A stretch of DNA of 64,000 bases, taken from positions 1,280,001 through 1,344,000 of the forward strand of contig OZ242320.1 of NCBI GenBank assembly GCA_965208125.1, read 5' to 3'. The notes under the pieces are model-generated. The model ran no database searches, was not told the DNA's origin, and worked only from the letters and a program-made list of their open reading frames with translations. This stretch comes from Candidatus Latescibacterota bacterium (GTDB lineage: Bacteria; Latescibacterota; UBA2968). The translations under genes and the position numbers were made by a program. Shown here piece by piece: positions 27,444-37,941 of the stretch (its first letter is position 1; each line of letters opens with the position of its first letter).

Positions 27444-29987
27444 TCACGCCCAGGTAATTAATCCGGTATCACATATCGAATTGAGGTCCTGATGGTGTGG
27501 GAGAATGCGAACCGTATAGCCCCATCGGCCGCTTTTTTGCAAAGGCAGGTACCCCACAAAAGTATGGGGACCTTTGAGTACCATAGGCAGCGACTCGCCC
27601 TGGACAATCTGCCCCTCTGCGCCGACCTGCCCGTGAAAAATTTCGACAGCCACATCCTCTACACGCAAGTCGCCCAACGCGACATCTGCGCGAATTTCGA
27701 CCTTGTCGCCCACATGTGATGTTTGCGCCTGGCTCGACGTTACAGAACGGACCGCGACATCCTTCCATCCATGGCGAACTCTATCTTTCCATTCAGCCAG
27801 AGCACTGGCTCTCGCGCCATTGTTATCCGAAAGATTTTTTGATCGTAAATGCGCCTTCAAATAGAACCGCTCGGTATATTCCTGCACCATGCGGTGAGTA
27901 TTGAACTTCGGACACAACACGCGCATAGCATTCTTCATGCGGGCGATCCATCCTCTGGGCAATCCATCCACACCGCGATTATAAAAAAGCGGCACCGCTT
28001 CTTTTTCGAGAATATTGTAAATCGCCCGCGCTTCAATCTGGTTTTGATACGCCGGATCGTCGTATTCTTTGCCGTGACCGATCTCCCAGCCCAATTCCGG
28101 TTGATACGCTTCTGCCCACCAGCCATCGAGCACGCTGAGATTTAATGCGCCATTGGCAACGGCTTTCATGCCACTGGTACCGCTCGCTTCCTGGGGTCTC
28201 ATCGGCGTATTCAGCCAGATATCGACCCCCTGCACGAGATAACGCGCCACACACATATCGTAATTCTCGATAAAAACCAGACGGCGGTGGAGATACTCGC
28301 GCTGCGTAAGACTGAAAATTTCCTGAATAAATTCTTTTCCCGCATGGTCTTGCGGATGCGCCTTGCCCGCAAAAATAACCTGAACGGGACGTTCTTCATT
28401 GCACAAAATGCGCGTGAGTCTCTCGAGATCGTGAAACAAGAGGGTGGCGCGTTTATACGTTGCAAAACGCCTGGCAAATCCAATCGTAAGCGCATCAGAA
28501 GTCAGGACCTCGTCGGCGCGCGCCATATCGATTGACGACGCTGTTTCTCGCTGCAACTGCTTTCTAAGACGCTGCCGCGCAAATGCAACGAGGCGTTCTC
28601 TCCTGCGCTCGTGGACGCGCCAGAGTTCCTCGGGCGGAATGTGATCTATCGTCTCCCACACACTCTGATCGTGTGGTTCCTCCAGGCGCCGAGGCCCCAT
28701 ATAGTTGTCTTCAAGAGCGCGCATTTGTTGCGAAATATGGGAAGCAATATGAACGCCATTGGTAATGGATTCGACGGGTATTTCACTCTTCGGCAGTCCG
28801 GGCCACAGCGACTGCCACATATTGCGCGAGACCTCGCCGTGAAGTTTGCTAACGCCATTGCGATAGGACGACAGCCTGAACGCGAGCACTGTCATATTAA
28901 AACCATCGCTGATATTATTGGGATTCTCGCGCCCCAAAGCGAGGAATGCAGGCATAGAAAGACCGAGGTCATGCGCGTAAGATCTGAAGTATTTTTCAAT
29001 CAGAGAAACGGGAAAGACATCGTGCCCGGCCGGAACGGGAGTATGGGTCGTAAAAACGTGACCTGCTGACGTGTACTCTGCCGCCTGATCAAACGTGGCA
29101 CCATTGTTGTGCATCGCCTGACGGATGCGCTCCAGCCCCAGAAAAGCCGAATGCCCTTCATTCATGTGGCATACGGTGGGCTGTATGCCCAATGCGTTGA
29201 GCGCGCGCACACCGCCAATACCCAGCAGAATTTCCTGCCGGATGCGCGTCTCACTATCGCCACCGTAGAGTTGTGCTGTAATTTCGCGGATAGATGGCGG
29301 ATTTTCCATCAAATTGGTATCGAGCAAGTACAGGGGGATGCGCCCAACCTGCACCTTCCATATCCGCACCCGCGCTTCTGCTTCGGGATATGAGAGCGTA
29401 ATCGCGATATCCCGACCGCGCTCATCGCGAACAATCTGGACGGGCAGCGCGTAATAGTCATTTTCGGTATATTCTTCCTGTTGCCAACCGTCATTTGTGA
29501 GATACTGATTGAAATATCCGTGTTGATACAGCAGACCCACAGCAAAAAATGGCAATCCCAGAGTACTCGCAGATTTGAGATGATCTCCGGCCAACACCCC
29601 CAGACCACCTGAATAAATCGGCAGGCTTTCGGTAAGACCAAACTCCGCAGAGAAATAGGCGATTTGAATATCGGACGCGGTTTTGCCATGGGCAGAGTGA
29701 AAATAGGTCTCCCCATCCATAAACGCGCGGAAAGACTCAGACACGCGCTTAAAATGCGCCATGAATCCCGGATTTTCAGAAAGTTGATTCAGGCGTTCCT
29801 GGCTGATATCATTGAGCAGGCGCACCGGATTGTGATAAACTGTTTCCCAGAGAATGGGATCAATGCGTCGAAACAGATCCATCGTGTCCGGATCCCAGGC
29901 CCAGCGCAGATTATACGCCAGTGCTTCCAGGCCCTGAAGAGATTTGGGCAGCGAGGGTTTGACAACAAATGTAGAAATTGGTTTCAA
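27444..29987 (-). CDS. glgP: Alpha-glucan (glycogen) phosphorylase
   Basis: LAYNL.W.W, AYFSAEFG, YSGGLG.LAGDH.K, HMNEGH, ITNGVH, FARRFATYKR, EASGTSGMK. TTG start chosen so it does not overlap the upstream gene. Confidence 0.95.
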   Translation of the reverse strand: MKPISTFVVKPSLPKSLQGLEALAYNLRWAWDPDTMDLFRRIDPILWETVYHNPVRLLNDISQERLNQLSENPGFMAHFKRVSESFRAFMDGETYFHSAHGKTASDIQIAYFSAEFGLTESLPIYSGGLGVLAGDHLKSASTLGLPFFAVGLLYQHGYFNQYLTNDGWQQEEYTENDYYALPVQIVRDERGRDIAITLSYPEAEARVRIWKVQVGRIPLYLLDTNLMENPPSIREITAQLYGGDSETRIRQEILLGIGGVRALNALGIQPTVCHMNEGHSAFLGLERIRQAMHNNGATFDQAAEYTSAGHVFTTHTPVPAGHDVFPVSLIEKYFRSYAHDLGLSMPAFLALGRENPNNISDGFNMTVLAFRLSSYRNGVSKLHGEVSRNMWQSLWPGLPKSEIPVESITNGVHIASHISQQMRALEDNYMGPRRLEEPHDQSVWETIDHIPPEELWRVHERRRERLVAFARQRLRKQLQRETASSIDMARADEVLTSDALTIGFARRFATYKRATLLFHDLERLTRILCNEERPVQVIFAGKAHPQDHAGKEFIQEIFSLTQREYLHRRLVFIENYDMCVARYLVQGVDIWLNTPMRPQEASGTSGMKAVANGALNLSVLDGWWAEAYQPELGWEIGHGKEYDDPAYQNQIEARAIYNILEKEAVPLFYNRGVDGLPRGWIARMKNAMRVLCPKFNTHRMVQEYTERFYLKAHLRSKNLSDNNGARASALAEWKDRVRHGWKDVAVRSVTSSQAQTSHVGDKVEIRADVALGDLRVEDVAVEIFHGQVGAEGQIVQGESLPMVLKGPHTFVGYLPLQKSGRWGYTVRILPHHQDLNSICDTGLITWA

Positions 29988-30006
29988 AGAGTTTGACCCC
30001 TGAATT

Positions 30007-31029
30007 TTACACATCTTCAACAGCGACGACCGCATCTGTTTCCCACGATTTTATCGCCGCTTCAATAACCATCTGCGCTTTGAGTGCTTCTTCACCCGAA
30101 CCTTCGATATCTTCGGGAGATGCGCCTTCGAGATTTTGCTCTATCCACCGCCCAATGCGGCTTTGGAATGTTTCGTTGAACCCCATCATACCGCCGATAT
30201 AGTCATAGCGTTCGAGTTCCATTGAGCGGCGGGGATGAAAATGCAGGCGTTCACAGGCTTCTTCCAGCACAAAGCGAGCATCTGATCCGGCAACTTCGAG
30301 ACGTTCAAGACCATAAGACCCCCCCGGTCCCGTGGCGTCGTAACTTCCAGTGAGATTGCCCACCGTACCATCAGCAAAGCACATGTTGAGTTGCATATTT
30401 GACCAGCACACGCGGCGATTGCCATCTTTGTCCAGACCGCGCTTAAAAAAGGCACTTACTTTTTCAATATCACCGCAAAAGTAGCGCATAACGTCGATAG
30501 AGTGCGGGTGCAGGGCGCGAATGTGGAACCACGGCGACGTTTCTCGGGGGTTATTGATCCACATAGTCATATTAATAATATTGATCTCGCCCAGCCTACC
30601 CTGATCAACCCATTCTTTGGCGCGCGCAGCAGCAGGTGTAAAGCGGTGATTGAGGTCAACACCATAGCGCAGATTTTTATCTTTTGCTCTGGCAACCATC
30701 TCTTTTGCCTCGTCAATATTATTCGAAATCGGCTTTTCCCCGAGTACATGAACACCCGCTTCGAGGAGTTCCATTGTGGGTTTGTAGTGATCGCCACCAT
30801 TTTCATGACCGGCAGTCGCAACACTTGCCACCGTGATATCCAGCCCCGCGTCGAGCATATCTTGCACAGCGTAAAATGCTCTAACACCGTATTGCGACGC
30901 CGCGGCATCTGCGCGTCTTCGGTCTATATCGCAAACAGCAGCGAGATTGCATTGGTCGTGACCATTATAAATAGTGGCGTGTCGGTTGCCAATCCCCCCC
31001 AAACCGACCACGGCGACATTTAATCCCAT
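30007..31029 (-). CDS. Gfo/Idh/MocA family oxidoreductase
   Basis: VAVVGLGGIG, HVLGEKP, N.RF.P, H..D..R. Confidence 0.92.
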   Translation of the reverse strand: MGLNVAVVGLGGIGNRHATIYNGHDQCNLAAVCDIDRRRADAAASQYGVRAFYAVQDMLDAGLDITVASVATAGHENGGDHYKPTMELLEAGVHVLGEKPISNNIDEAKEMVARAKDKNLRYGVDLNHRFTPAAARAKEWVDQGRLGEINIINMTMWINNPRETSPWFHIRALHPHSIDVMRYFCGDIEKVSAFFKRGLDKDGNRRVCWSNMQLNMCFADGTVGNLTGSYDATGPGGSYGLERLEVAGSDARFVLEEACERLHFHPRRSMELERYDYIGGMMGFNETFQSRIGRWIEQNLEGASPEDIEGSGEEALKAQMVIEAAIKSWETDAVVAVEDV

Positions 31030-31042
31030 TGAAAACTCCCTT

Positions 31043-31738
31043 CTACCAGTTGCTGAGTATCCGACCTACAAATGCCGGGACTTCGTCTGTAAAAAAATAC
31101 ATGATGGCAAAGATCGCAAAGAGAATATAGATCCCGATTACAGTGAACATAATCGTCTTTTTGCGCTTGCTCATCCCGGTGCGAGACGCAGTTCTGAGAT
31201 CGCGCGGTTGTTTGAGGAAGGGTTCTGACTTGTCCTCATCATCGGATGTCGATTCGGAAGCATCCGCTTCCGGTGGTGCTGCCTCTTCTTCTCCTTCTTC
31301 AGCACTTTCCTCCGATACTTTTTGCTCGGTTTCCTCCTCTGCGTCTGCAGGCGGATCCGGTTCTGTCTCTAATTTGGCTATGTCGAACACATGCGCTATT
31401 TTTTCGATAAGTGTTTTGTCCTCAAATGGTCTTTCAACCATGCCGTAAACACCCTGCTCCAGGAGTGTTTTGGCTTCTGCTTCCTCGATGGGAAACGATA
31501 CCACAATCACCGGTACCTCAAAGCCTTCTTCGCGGATAAATTCGATCAAGACATCGCCGCGAATGATTGGCATCTCGAGGTTGATCAACACCAGATCGGG
31601 TTGTCCGTGAGCGATCGCGTCAACCGCTTCGACCCACGTTGTCGCGGTCTGTGCCTCATAATTATTGGATTCGAGAATCTTGACAATCCGTTCAACAGCG
31701 GCTTCTTCACTGTCAATAGTCAAAATTTTTGTCATCAT
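31043..31738 (-). CDS. Atypical response-regulator receiver with acidic linker and C-terminal TM helix
   Basis: KILTIDSE, PDLVLINLEMP...G, PVIVVS, ERPF. E/D/A-rich linker. KRKK followed by a hydrophobic helix. Confidence 0.8.
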   Translation of the reverse strand: MMTKILTIDSEEAAVERIVKILESNNYEAQTATTWVEAVDAIAHGQPDLVLINLEMPIIRGDVLIEFIREEGFEVPVIVVSFPIEEAEAKTLLEQGVYGMVERPFEDKTLIEKIAHVFDIAKLETEPDPPADAEEETEQKVSEESAEEGEEEAAPPEADASESTSDDEDKSEPFLKQPRDLRTASRTGMSKRKKTIMFTVIGIYILFAIFAIMYFFTDEVPAFVGRILSNW

Positions 31739-31913
31739 GTCCCCCTGTGCGTAGTAGGGAAAATATTGGCGATTGAAAGTATAAAACGAATAAAGTCCAA
31801 TGACAAGGATTTTCCCTGTGCATGTCACATAGTGAGTTCTCTCTTGATGGGTGAACGTGTGTATAGTATATTGCAATGTCAATGGAAATTAAAAATTAAA
31901 AACTGGGAATTTT

Positions 31914-34900
31914 ATGGAAACAAAAAGCATCGTCGTAAAAGGTGCGCGAGTACACAACTTGCAAAATGTAGATCTGACGTTGCCCCGACACGCGCTAATA
32001 TGTTTTACCGGCGTTTCCGGTTCGGGCAAGTCGTCGATGGCTTTTGACACCATCTATGCCGAAGGTCAGCGGCGTTATGTAGAATCCCTATCGGCGTATG
32101 CGCGTCAATTTTTGGGACAGATGGAAAAACCCGAAGTAGATCAAATTACGGGATTGTCGCCAACGATCTCCATCGAACAAAAGACCGCGGGGCGCAATCC
32201 CCGCTCAACCGTGGGCACAATAACCGAAATCTACGACTATTTGCGCGTATTATTTGCGCGAATTGGCACCCCCCATTGCGCACATGACGACACGCCAATT
32301 GGGGCGCAAACGCGCGACGGCATTGTAGATCAAATCATGGCACTGGGTGAGGGCACGCGCATTCACATACTCTCTTCTCTCGTACAGGGGCGAAAAGGGG
32401 AATACCAGGACCTGTTTGAAAATTTGCAAAAAGAGGGATATATCCGCGCGCGCGTGGATGGACAGATTGTAACATTGACCCAGACCCCGAAATTGGAGCG
32501 CTACAAAAGACACGATATCGAAGTCGTAATCGATCGGATTATCGCAAAAAAAACAATGCAGGGGCGCATAGGCGAAGCCGTTGATGCCGGTCTCATAATG
32601 GGTAAAGGAGCGGTCATTGTCAGCGCAGAAGGTGAAGACGACCTTCTGCTGAGTACGCACTTTTCCTGCCCCACCTGTGGACGCAGCGCACAGGAACCTG
32701 TACCGCAATTATTCTCATTCAACAGCCCACAGGGCATGTGCCCCGGCTGTCGCGGTTTGGGCACGCGCTTTGCAATGGATCTGGCAAAAGCCGTTCCCAA
32801 TCCCGAATTGTCCGTACTGGAAGGCGCTATCGCGCCGCTGGGCGTGCCCAAAAATCGGTGGAAATCTCACTATTACGCGGGCGTTTTGAAGCGCCATGGT
32901 GCAAATTTGCAAACGCCATGGAAACGCATTTCACCAGAGGGCCAACAGGCATTATTATACGGCATAGACGGCAAAATGACCTTTGAATGGCGCCGCAGCA
33001 ACGGCAGTATAAAACGCCATCGCGATGGGTTTGAGGGCATCCTGCCCCCAATGGAGCGGCAGTTTGCCGAGGGACGGAGTCTCATCGTACGCAAACGACT
33101 GGCACCCTTCATGCGTGTGGGTATATGTCCCGTATGCGAAGGCACCCGCTTAAAACCCGAAGCCCTCTCCGTCAAAATCGAAGGACACACGCTACCCGAT
33201 GTCACGGCAATGACCGTCGATCGCGCGCACGCCTTTTTTCAGAACCTCAAATTGACCGAGATCCAGGCGCGAATTGCCGAAGACGCCCTGAAAGAAATTC
33301 GCGGGCGATTGAAATTTCTCCTCGATGTGGGTCTCGACTATCTCACACTCAACCGCACGGCACCGACACTATCGGGCGGCGAAGCGCAACGCATTCGCCT
33401 CGCCAGCCAGATTGGATCTGGATTGGTCGGTGTAACCTATGTACTGGACGAACCGTCAATTGGTCTGCACCACCGCGACAATCGGCGATTGCTCAATGCC
33501 CTGTGTCACCTGCGAGATGTGGGCAATACTGTGATCGTCGTCGAACACGACGAAGACACCATGCGGCGCGCGGATCGGGTGGTGGATTTTGGACCCGGTC
33601 CCGGGCACCTCGGTGGTCGAATAGTCGCCGAGGGATCGTGGAAACAGGTAGCGAGAAGAACCCGCTCGGTAACGGGCGCTTATCTCTCGGGAAAAGAAAA
33701 AATAGCAGTGCCCGAAAGGCGCTCCGTATCGCATCGCGGCTTATGGATTCGGGGTGCTCACCACAATAATCTCAAAAATATCGACGTGAAAATTCCCGTC
33801 GGCGTATTTACCTGTGTCACGGGCGTATCCGGATCGGGAAAATCATCGCTAATTGCCGATATCCTCTATCCCGCTCTCGCGCGAGAACTCAACCGCGCAG
33901 AAACGGAAACAGGCGCGCACCGCTGCATTGAGGGCATAGATCTCCTGGACAAAGTCATCGAGATCAACCAGCAACCCATCGGGCGCACACCGCGCAGCAA
34001 CGCGGCGACATACACGGGTGTATTTGATCCCATTCGAAAATTATTTGCCGAATTGCCCGAGTCAAAAGTACGGGGATACAAACCCGGACGCTTTAGTTTT
34101 AACGTAAAGGGCGGCCGGTGCGAGGCGTGTAAGGGCAATGGCGCAAACCTCGTCGAAATGGATTTTCTCGCCGACGTGTGGGTGACGTGTCCCGTGTGTG
34201 AAGGGCGGCGTTTTAATCGCGAAACCCTGGACGTGAAGTATAAGGGCAAATCCATTGCCGATGTGCTGGCGATGGAAGTCGAAGAGGCGCATCTGTTTTT
34301 TCAAGCGATCCCCGGTATTCACCGCATTCTCCAAACCCTGGTTGATGTGGGAATGGGCTACGTCAAATTGGGCCAGCCCGCGCCAACACTCTCCGGTGGC
34401 GAAGCACAACGGGTCAAACTATCAAAAGAACTGTGCCGCAGAAGCACGGGCAAAACCCTGTACATCCTGGACGAACCGACGACGGGCCTGCATTTTGCCG
34501 ATATACAAAATCTCTTGAATGTATTGCATCGGCTCGTGAATATGGGCAATTCCGTGGTGGTTATCGAGCACAACCTGGACGTAATCAAAACCGCGGATTG
34601 GGTAATCGATCTGGGACCTGAAGGCGGCGAAGATGGCGGACAAATTCTGACAGAAGGCACACCCGAACACCTGACGCAATCTCCCAACTCTCATACAGGA
34701 CACGCGCTTTGCGAAGTGCTATCGCGCACGCCACTCGTATCTGGGAAAAACGGTAAACGAATCGCCAATGGCCATGTGCGGACCATTGACATTGTGGGTG
34801 CGCGGGAGAACAACTTACAAAATGTGGATGTATCCATTCCCCGCGAAAAAATGACCGTGATCTCCGGCGTATCGGGTTCGGGAAAATCTTCCCTGGCACT

Positions 34901-37574
34901 CGACACAATTTACGCTGAGGGACAGCGGAGATATGTCGAATCCCTATCCGCTTATGCGCGGCAATTTCTGGGACAGATGCCCAAGCCAAAGGTAGATCGC
35001 GTGGTGGGCTTATCGCCCGCGATCGCCATAGAACAAAAAGCCGCGAGCAAAAACCCGCGCTCGACCGTAGGCACCGTAACAGAGGTTTACGATTACCTGC
35101 GGGCACTCTACGCATTATTGGGCGATACCTATTGCCCAGATTGCGATGTATTGGCGGGCAGTCAGTCCGTTCGGGAAATTGTAACGCGCGTGCTGAAAAT
35201 GAAACGACGCCTCTACCTTCTCGCACCCGTAGAACTCGGCAAAGGCGAAGATTATACCAGCTTGATCAACCGCTTTCGCCGCGAAGGCTACTTGCGCGGC
35301 AGACTCAATGGCGATGTCTTCAACCTGTCAAACCCACCCGAAATCGATTACAGACAGACTCACAGGCTCGAAATCCTGATAGATCGCATAATCGCAGAAA
35401 AAAAGAACCGCAAACGCATCGCGGATTCCATCGAAAGCGCGCTGGATATTTCGGGAGGCATTTTGATCGTCGCATCGCCCGACGACAGCGAAGAAACGCG
35501 ATTCAGCCAGCATCTCTCGTGTCCATCCTGCGGGCGCAGTTTTGAAACAATAACCCCTCAGCATCTATCTTTTAACAGCTCTGAAGGCTGGTGCTTATCG
35601 TGCGAAGGACTGGGAACGCAGCGCGGCATGGGCATCCACACATTAATCCCCGACACTCACAAATCACTGTCCGAAGGCGCAGTACTCGCCTGGGGAAAGG
35701 TAGAACCGCACACACAACTGGGCAACATGCTATCTGCGGTCGGCGAAGCCGCGGGCTTTGACCTGCACATCCCTTTTGCGCAAATATCGGCAAAGGGACA
35801 ACACGCGATCTTATACGGCCTGGGCACACAGTGGCTAAAGACCTCTAAAAATCTCTCATTCCAATTCAAGGGCCTGTTTCCCACAATTGAGACCCTCGTG
35901 CGGCAAGCGCCGCGTTTTCGGCGTCTAATGGGAGACTTTATCCAGGATGTGCCGTGTCCGTCCTGCAAGGGAACCCGTCTAAAGCCAGAAAGTACTGCCA
36001 TAAAACTCTTCGGCAAAACAATGCCCCAACTGGTAGCAATGCCCATCCGCGAAGTACGCACCTATTTCGACACAATGGTATTGGAAGGACAGGCGCGCGA
36101 AGCCGCCGCAGAGGTATTGCACGAAATCCAGAGCCGCCTGCGGTTTCTCGACGAAGTGGGCCTGGGATATTTGAACCTGGGACGGCGAGCACCCACGCTA
36201 TCGGGCGGCGAAGCACAGCGCATTCGCCTCGCCAGTCAGATCGGCTCCGGTCTCACCGGAGTACTCTACGTACTCGACGAACCGACAATTGGCCTGCACC
36301 AGCGCGACAACCACCAGTTATTGGCCGCACTGACACAACTGCGCGACCTGGGCAACTCGCTCCTCATTGTCGAACACGACCGCGAGACCCTGAACAGGGC
36401 GGATCACATTTTGGACTTTGGACCCGGCGCGGGTGTTGAAGGCGGGCGCATAGTAGCTGCGGGCAATCCGCGCAATTTGAAAAGCAACAACGGCTCGGTA
36501 ACCGCGCATTATCTCGCGGGCGATCTGCAAATCGAGGTCCCCGATGTGCGGCGAAACCCCGAACGGGGATCGCTTTCTGTGGTAGGCGCGCGGCATAACA
36601 ATTTAAAAAATGTCCATGTCTCATTTCCGCTGGGCACCTTGACCTGCGTGACCGGCGTATCTGGCTCGGGTAAAAGTTCGCTCGTCAACGACGTACTCTT
36701 CGGCGCGCTCGCCGCCCGCGTGAACCGCGCACAAAAAGCCTGGGGAGAACACGACGATGTGCTGGGACTGGAACTCATCGACAAAGTGATCAACATCGAC
36801 CAGACACCCATTGGCTATTCGCCGCGCAGCAATCCCGCGACCTATGTCAAAGTATTCGACAAAATACGCACCCTGTATGCCAGTTTGCCAGACGCCCAGG
36901 TGCGCGGATTTAAAACCGGGCATTTCAGCTTTAATCACAAGCACGGGCGGTGCGATGCCTGTGCGGGCCTGGGCGCGCGCTGTATAGAAATGCACTTCTT
37001 GCCCGATGTGTGGATCACATGTGAAAATTGTGGCGGAAAGCGCTACAACCGCGACGTGATCGACATAACCTATAAGGGTGCGTCAATCGCCGATGTCCTA
37101 AAAATGACAGTAGCCGAAGCCCTATCGCATTTTACCCATATACCCGGCATCCAGCGATCGCTCCAAACCCTATTTGACGTGGGCCTGGGCTATATCAAAA
37201 TGGGACAGGCATCGACCACACTCTCGGGCGGCGAAGCCCAGCGCGTAAAATTGGCGCGCGAATTGGCGCGACCGAGCACCGGAAAAACCGTGTATATCCT
37301 CGACGAACCGACAACGGGACTGCACTTTGCCGACATCCAGAAATTGCTCGACGTACTCAACCGACTCGTCAACGCGGGCAATACCGCAATCGTAATCGAA
37401 CACAACCTGGACGTAATCAAAACCGCCGACTGGGTCATCGACCTGGGACCAGAAGGCGGAGAAGACGGTGGCGATTTAATAGCTTGTGGAACGCCCGAAG
37501 ACGTGGTATCTGTCACAGCTTCACACACCGGACGATTCTTGAAGGACGTATTGGCAGGTATTGAAACAGGGTAA
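31914..37574 (+). CDS. uvrA: Excinuclease ABC subunit A, tandem double-length form (1886 aa)
   Basis: Two complete UvrA units. Four GVSGSGKSS Walker A, four LSGGEAQR, four LDEP, and zinc fingers in both halves. Confidence 0.97.
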   Translation: METKSIVVKGARVHNLQNVDLTLPRHALICFTGVSGSGKSSMAFDTIYAEGQRRYVESLSAYARQFLGQMEKPEVDQITGLSPTISIEQKTAGRNPRSTVGTITEIYDYLRVLFARIGTPHCAHDDTPIGAQTRDGIVDQIMALGEGTRIHILSSLVQGRKGEYQDLFENLQKEGYIRARVDGQIVTLTQTPKLERYKRHDIEVVIDRIIAKKTMQGRIGEAVDAGLIMGKGAVIVSAEGEDDLLLSTHFSCPTCGRSAQEPVPQLFSFNSPQGMCPGCRGLGTRFAMDLAKAVPNPELSVLEGAIAPLGVPKNRWKSHYYAGVLKRHGANLQTPWKRISPEGQQALLYGIDGKMTFEWRRSNGSIKRHRDGFEGILPPMERQFAEGRSLIVRKRLAPFMRVGICPVCEGTRLKPEALSVKIEGHTLPDVTAMTVDRAHAFFQNLKLTEIQARIAEDALKEIRGRLKFLLDVGLDYLTLNRTAPTLSGGEAQRIRLASQIGSGLVGVTYVLDEPSIGLHHRDNRRLLNALCHLRDVGNTVIVVEHDEDTMRRADRVVDFGPGPGHLGGRIVAEGSWKQVARRTRSVTGAYLSGKEKIAVPERRSVSHRGLWIRGAHHNNLKNIDVKIPVGVFTCVTGVSGSGKSSLIADILYPALARELNRAETETGAHRCIEGIDLLDKVIEINQQPIGRTPRSNAATYTGVFDPIRKLFAELPESKVRGYKPGRFSFNVKGGRCEACKGNGANLVEMDFLADVWVTCPVCEGRRFNRETLDVKYKGKSIADVLAMEVEEAHLFFQAIPGIHRILQTLVDVGMGYVKLGQPAPTLSGGEAQRVKLSKELCRRSTGKTLYILDEPTTGLHFADIQNLLNVLHRLVNMGNSVVVIEHNLDVIKTADWVIDLGPEGGEDGGQILTEGTPEHLTQSPNSHTGHALCEVLSRTPLVSGKNGKRIANGHVRTIDIVGARENNLQNVDVSIPREKMTVISGVSGSGKSSLALDTIYAEGQRRYVESLSAYARQFLGQMPKPKVDRVVGLSPAIAIEQKAASKNPRSTVGTVTEVYDYLRALYALLGDTYCPDCDVLAGSQSVREIVTRVLKMKRRLYLLAPVELGKGEDYTSLINRFRREGYLRGRLNGDVFNLSNPPEIDYRQTHRLEILIDRIIAEKKNRKRIADSIESALDISGGILIVASPDDSEETRFSQHLSCPSCGRSFETITPQHLSFNSSEGWCLSCEGLGTQRGMGIHTLIPDTHKSLSEGAVLAWGKVEPHTQLGNMLSAVGEAAGFDLHIPFAQISAKGQHAILYGLGTQWLKTSKNLSFQFKGLFPTIETLVRQAPRFRRLMGDFIQDVPCPSCKGTRLKPESTAIKLFGKTMPQLVAMPIREVRTYFDTMVLEGQAREAAAEVLHEIQSRLRFLDEVGLGYLNLGRRAPTLSGGEAQRIRLASQIGSGLTGVLYVLDEPTIGLHQRDNHQLLAALTQLRDLGNSLLIVEHDRETLNRADHILDFGPGAGVEGGRIVAAGNPRNLKSNNGSVTAHYLAGDLQIEVPDVRRNPERGSLSVVGARHNNLKNVHVSFPLGTLTCVTGVSGSGKSSLVNDVLFGALAARVNRAQKAWGEHDDVLGLELIDKVINIDQTPIGYSPRSNPATYVKVFDKIRTLYASLPDAQVRGFKTGHFSFNHKHGRCDACAGLGARCIEMHFLPDVWITCENCGGKRYNRDVIDITYKGASIADVLKMTVAEALSHFTHIPGIQRSLQTLFDVGLGYIKMGQASTTLSGGEAQRVKLARELARPSTGKTVYILDEPTTGLHFADIQKLLDVLNRLVNAGNTAIVIEHNLDVIKTADWVIDLGPEGGEDGGDLIACGTPEDVVSVTASHTGRFLKDVLAGIETG

Positions 37575-37620
37575 TGCAGTATAAAAAGTCTTTCCTGCAT
37601 ATACAGTTTTTTCCTTTTAT

Positions 37621-37800
37621 GCCTTCGGCGACCGACTTTTTGTCACCAGCAACAAAAAGTCGGCAAAAAATGCCGCTCTCAAACGCCGAGGGGCTGGCAC
37701 AGCGCAAATCGTTTTTGTGATAGTACAACATGCAGTGGCCTTCACAGTTGGGATGCCATAAAAACATCCGCTGCGAGACGGACTCACGCGCTGTGCACCA
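37621..37800. other. Structured non-coding element (MITE-like or ncRNA)
   Basis: Nested inverted repeats: 37622-30/37684-92, 37632-43/37652-63 (12 bp perfect), 37697-705/37788-96, 37732-38/37768-74. Confidence 0.5.
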
Positions 37801-37941
37801 CGACTTTAAAAGACCAAATAGTGACGAAAATTGGAAAATGTTGTATTCCTTGGAGGAAATAGCTTATCTTGGTTGTCATTGCGGCATGGTGTTTAGCCGC
37901 AATCCAGTCTGCCAAATAAGAACAAAATGAGGTAAACAGTT

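Noticed and set aside
31853-31864. LexA (GAAC-N4-GTTC-like) box upstream of uvrA
   Set aside because: GAACGTGTGTAT has two mismatches and the LexA motif of this lineage is unknown.
37730-37930. 66-aa ORF upstream of herA as a fourth system gene
   Set aside because: No RBS or motif, and it overlaps the structured element.
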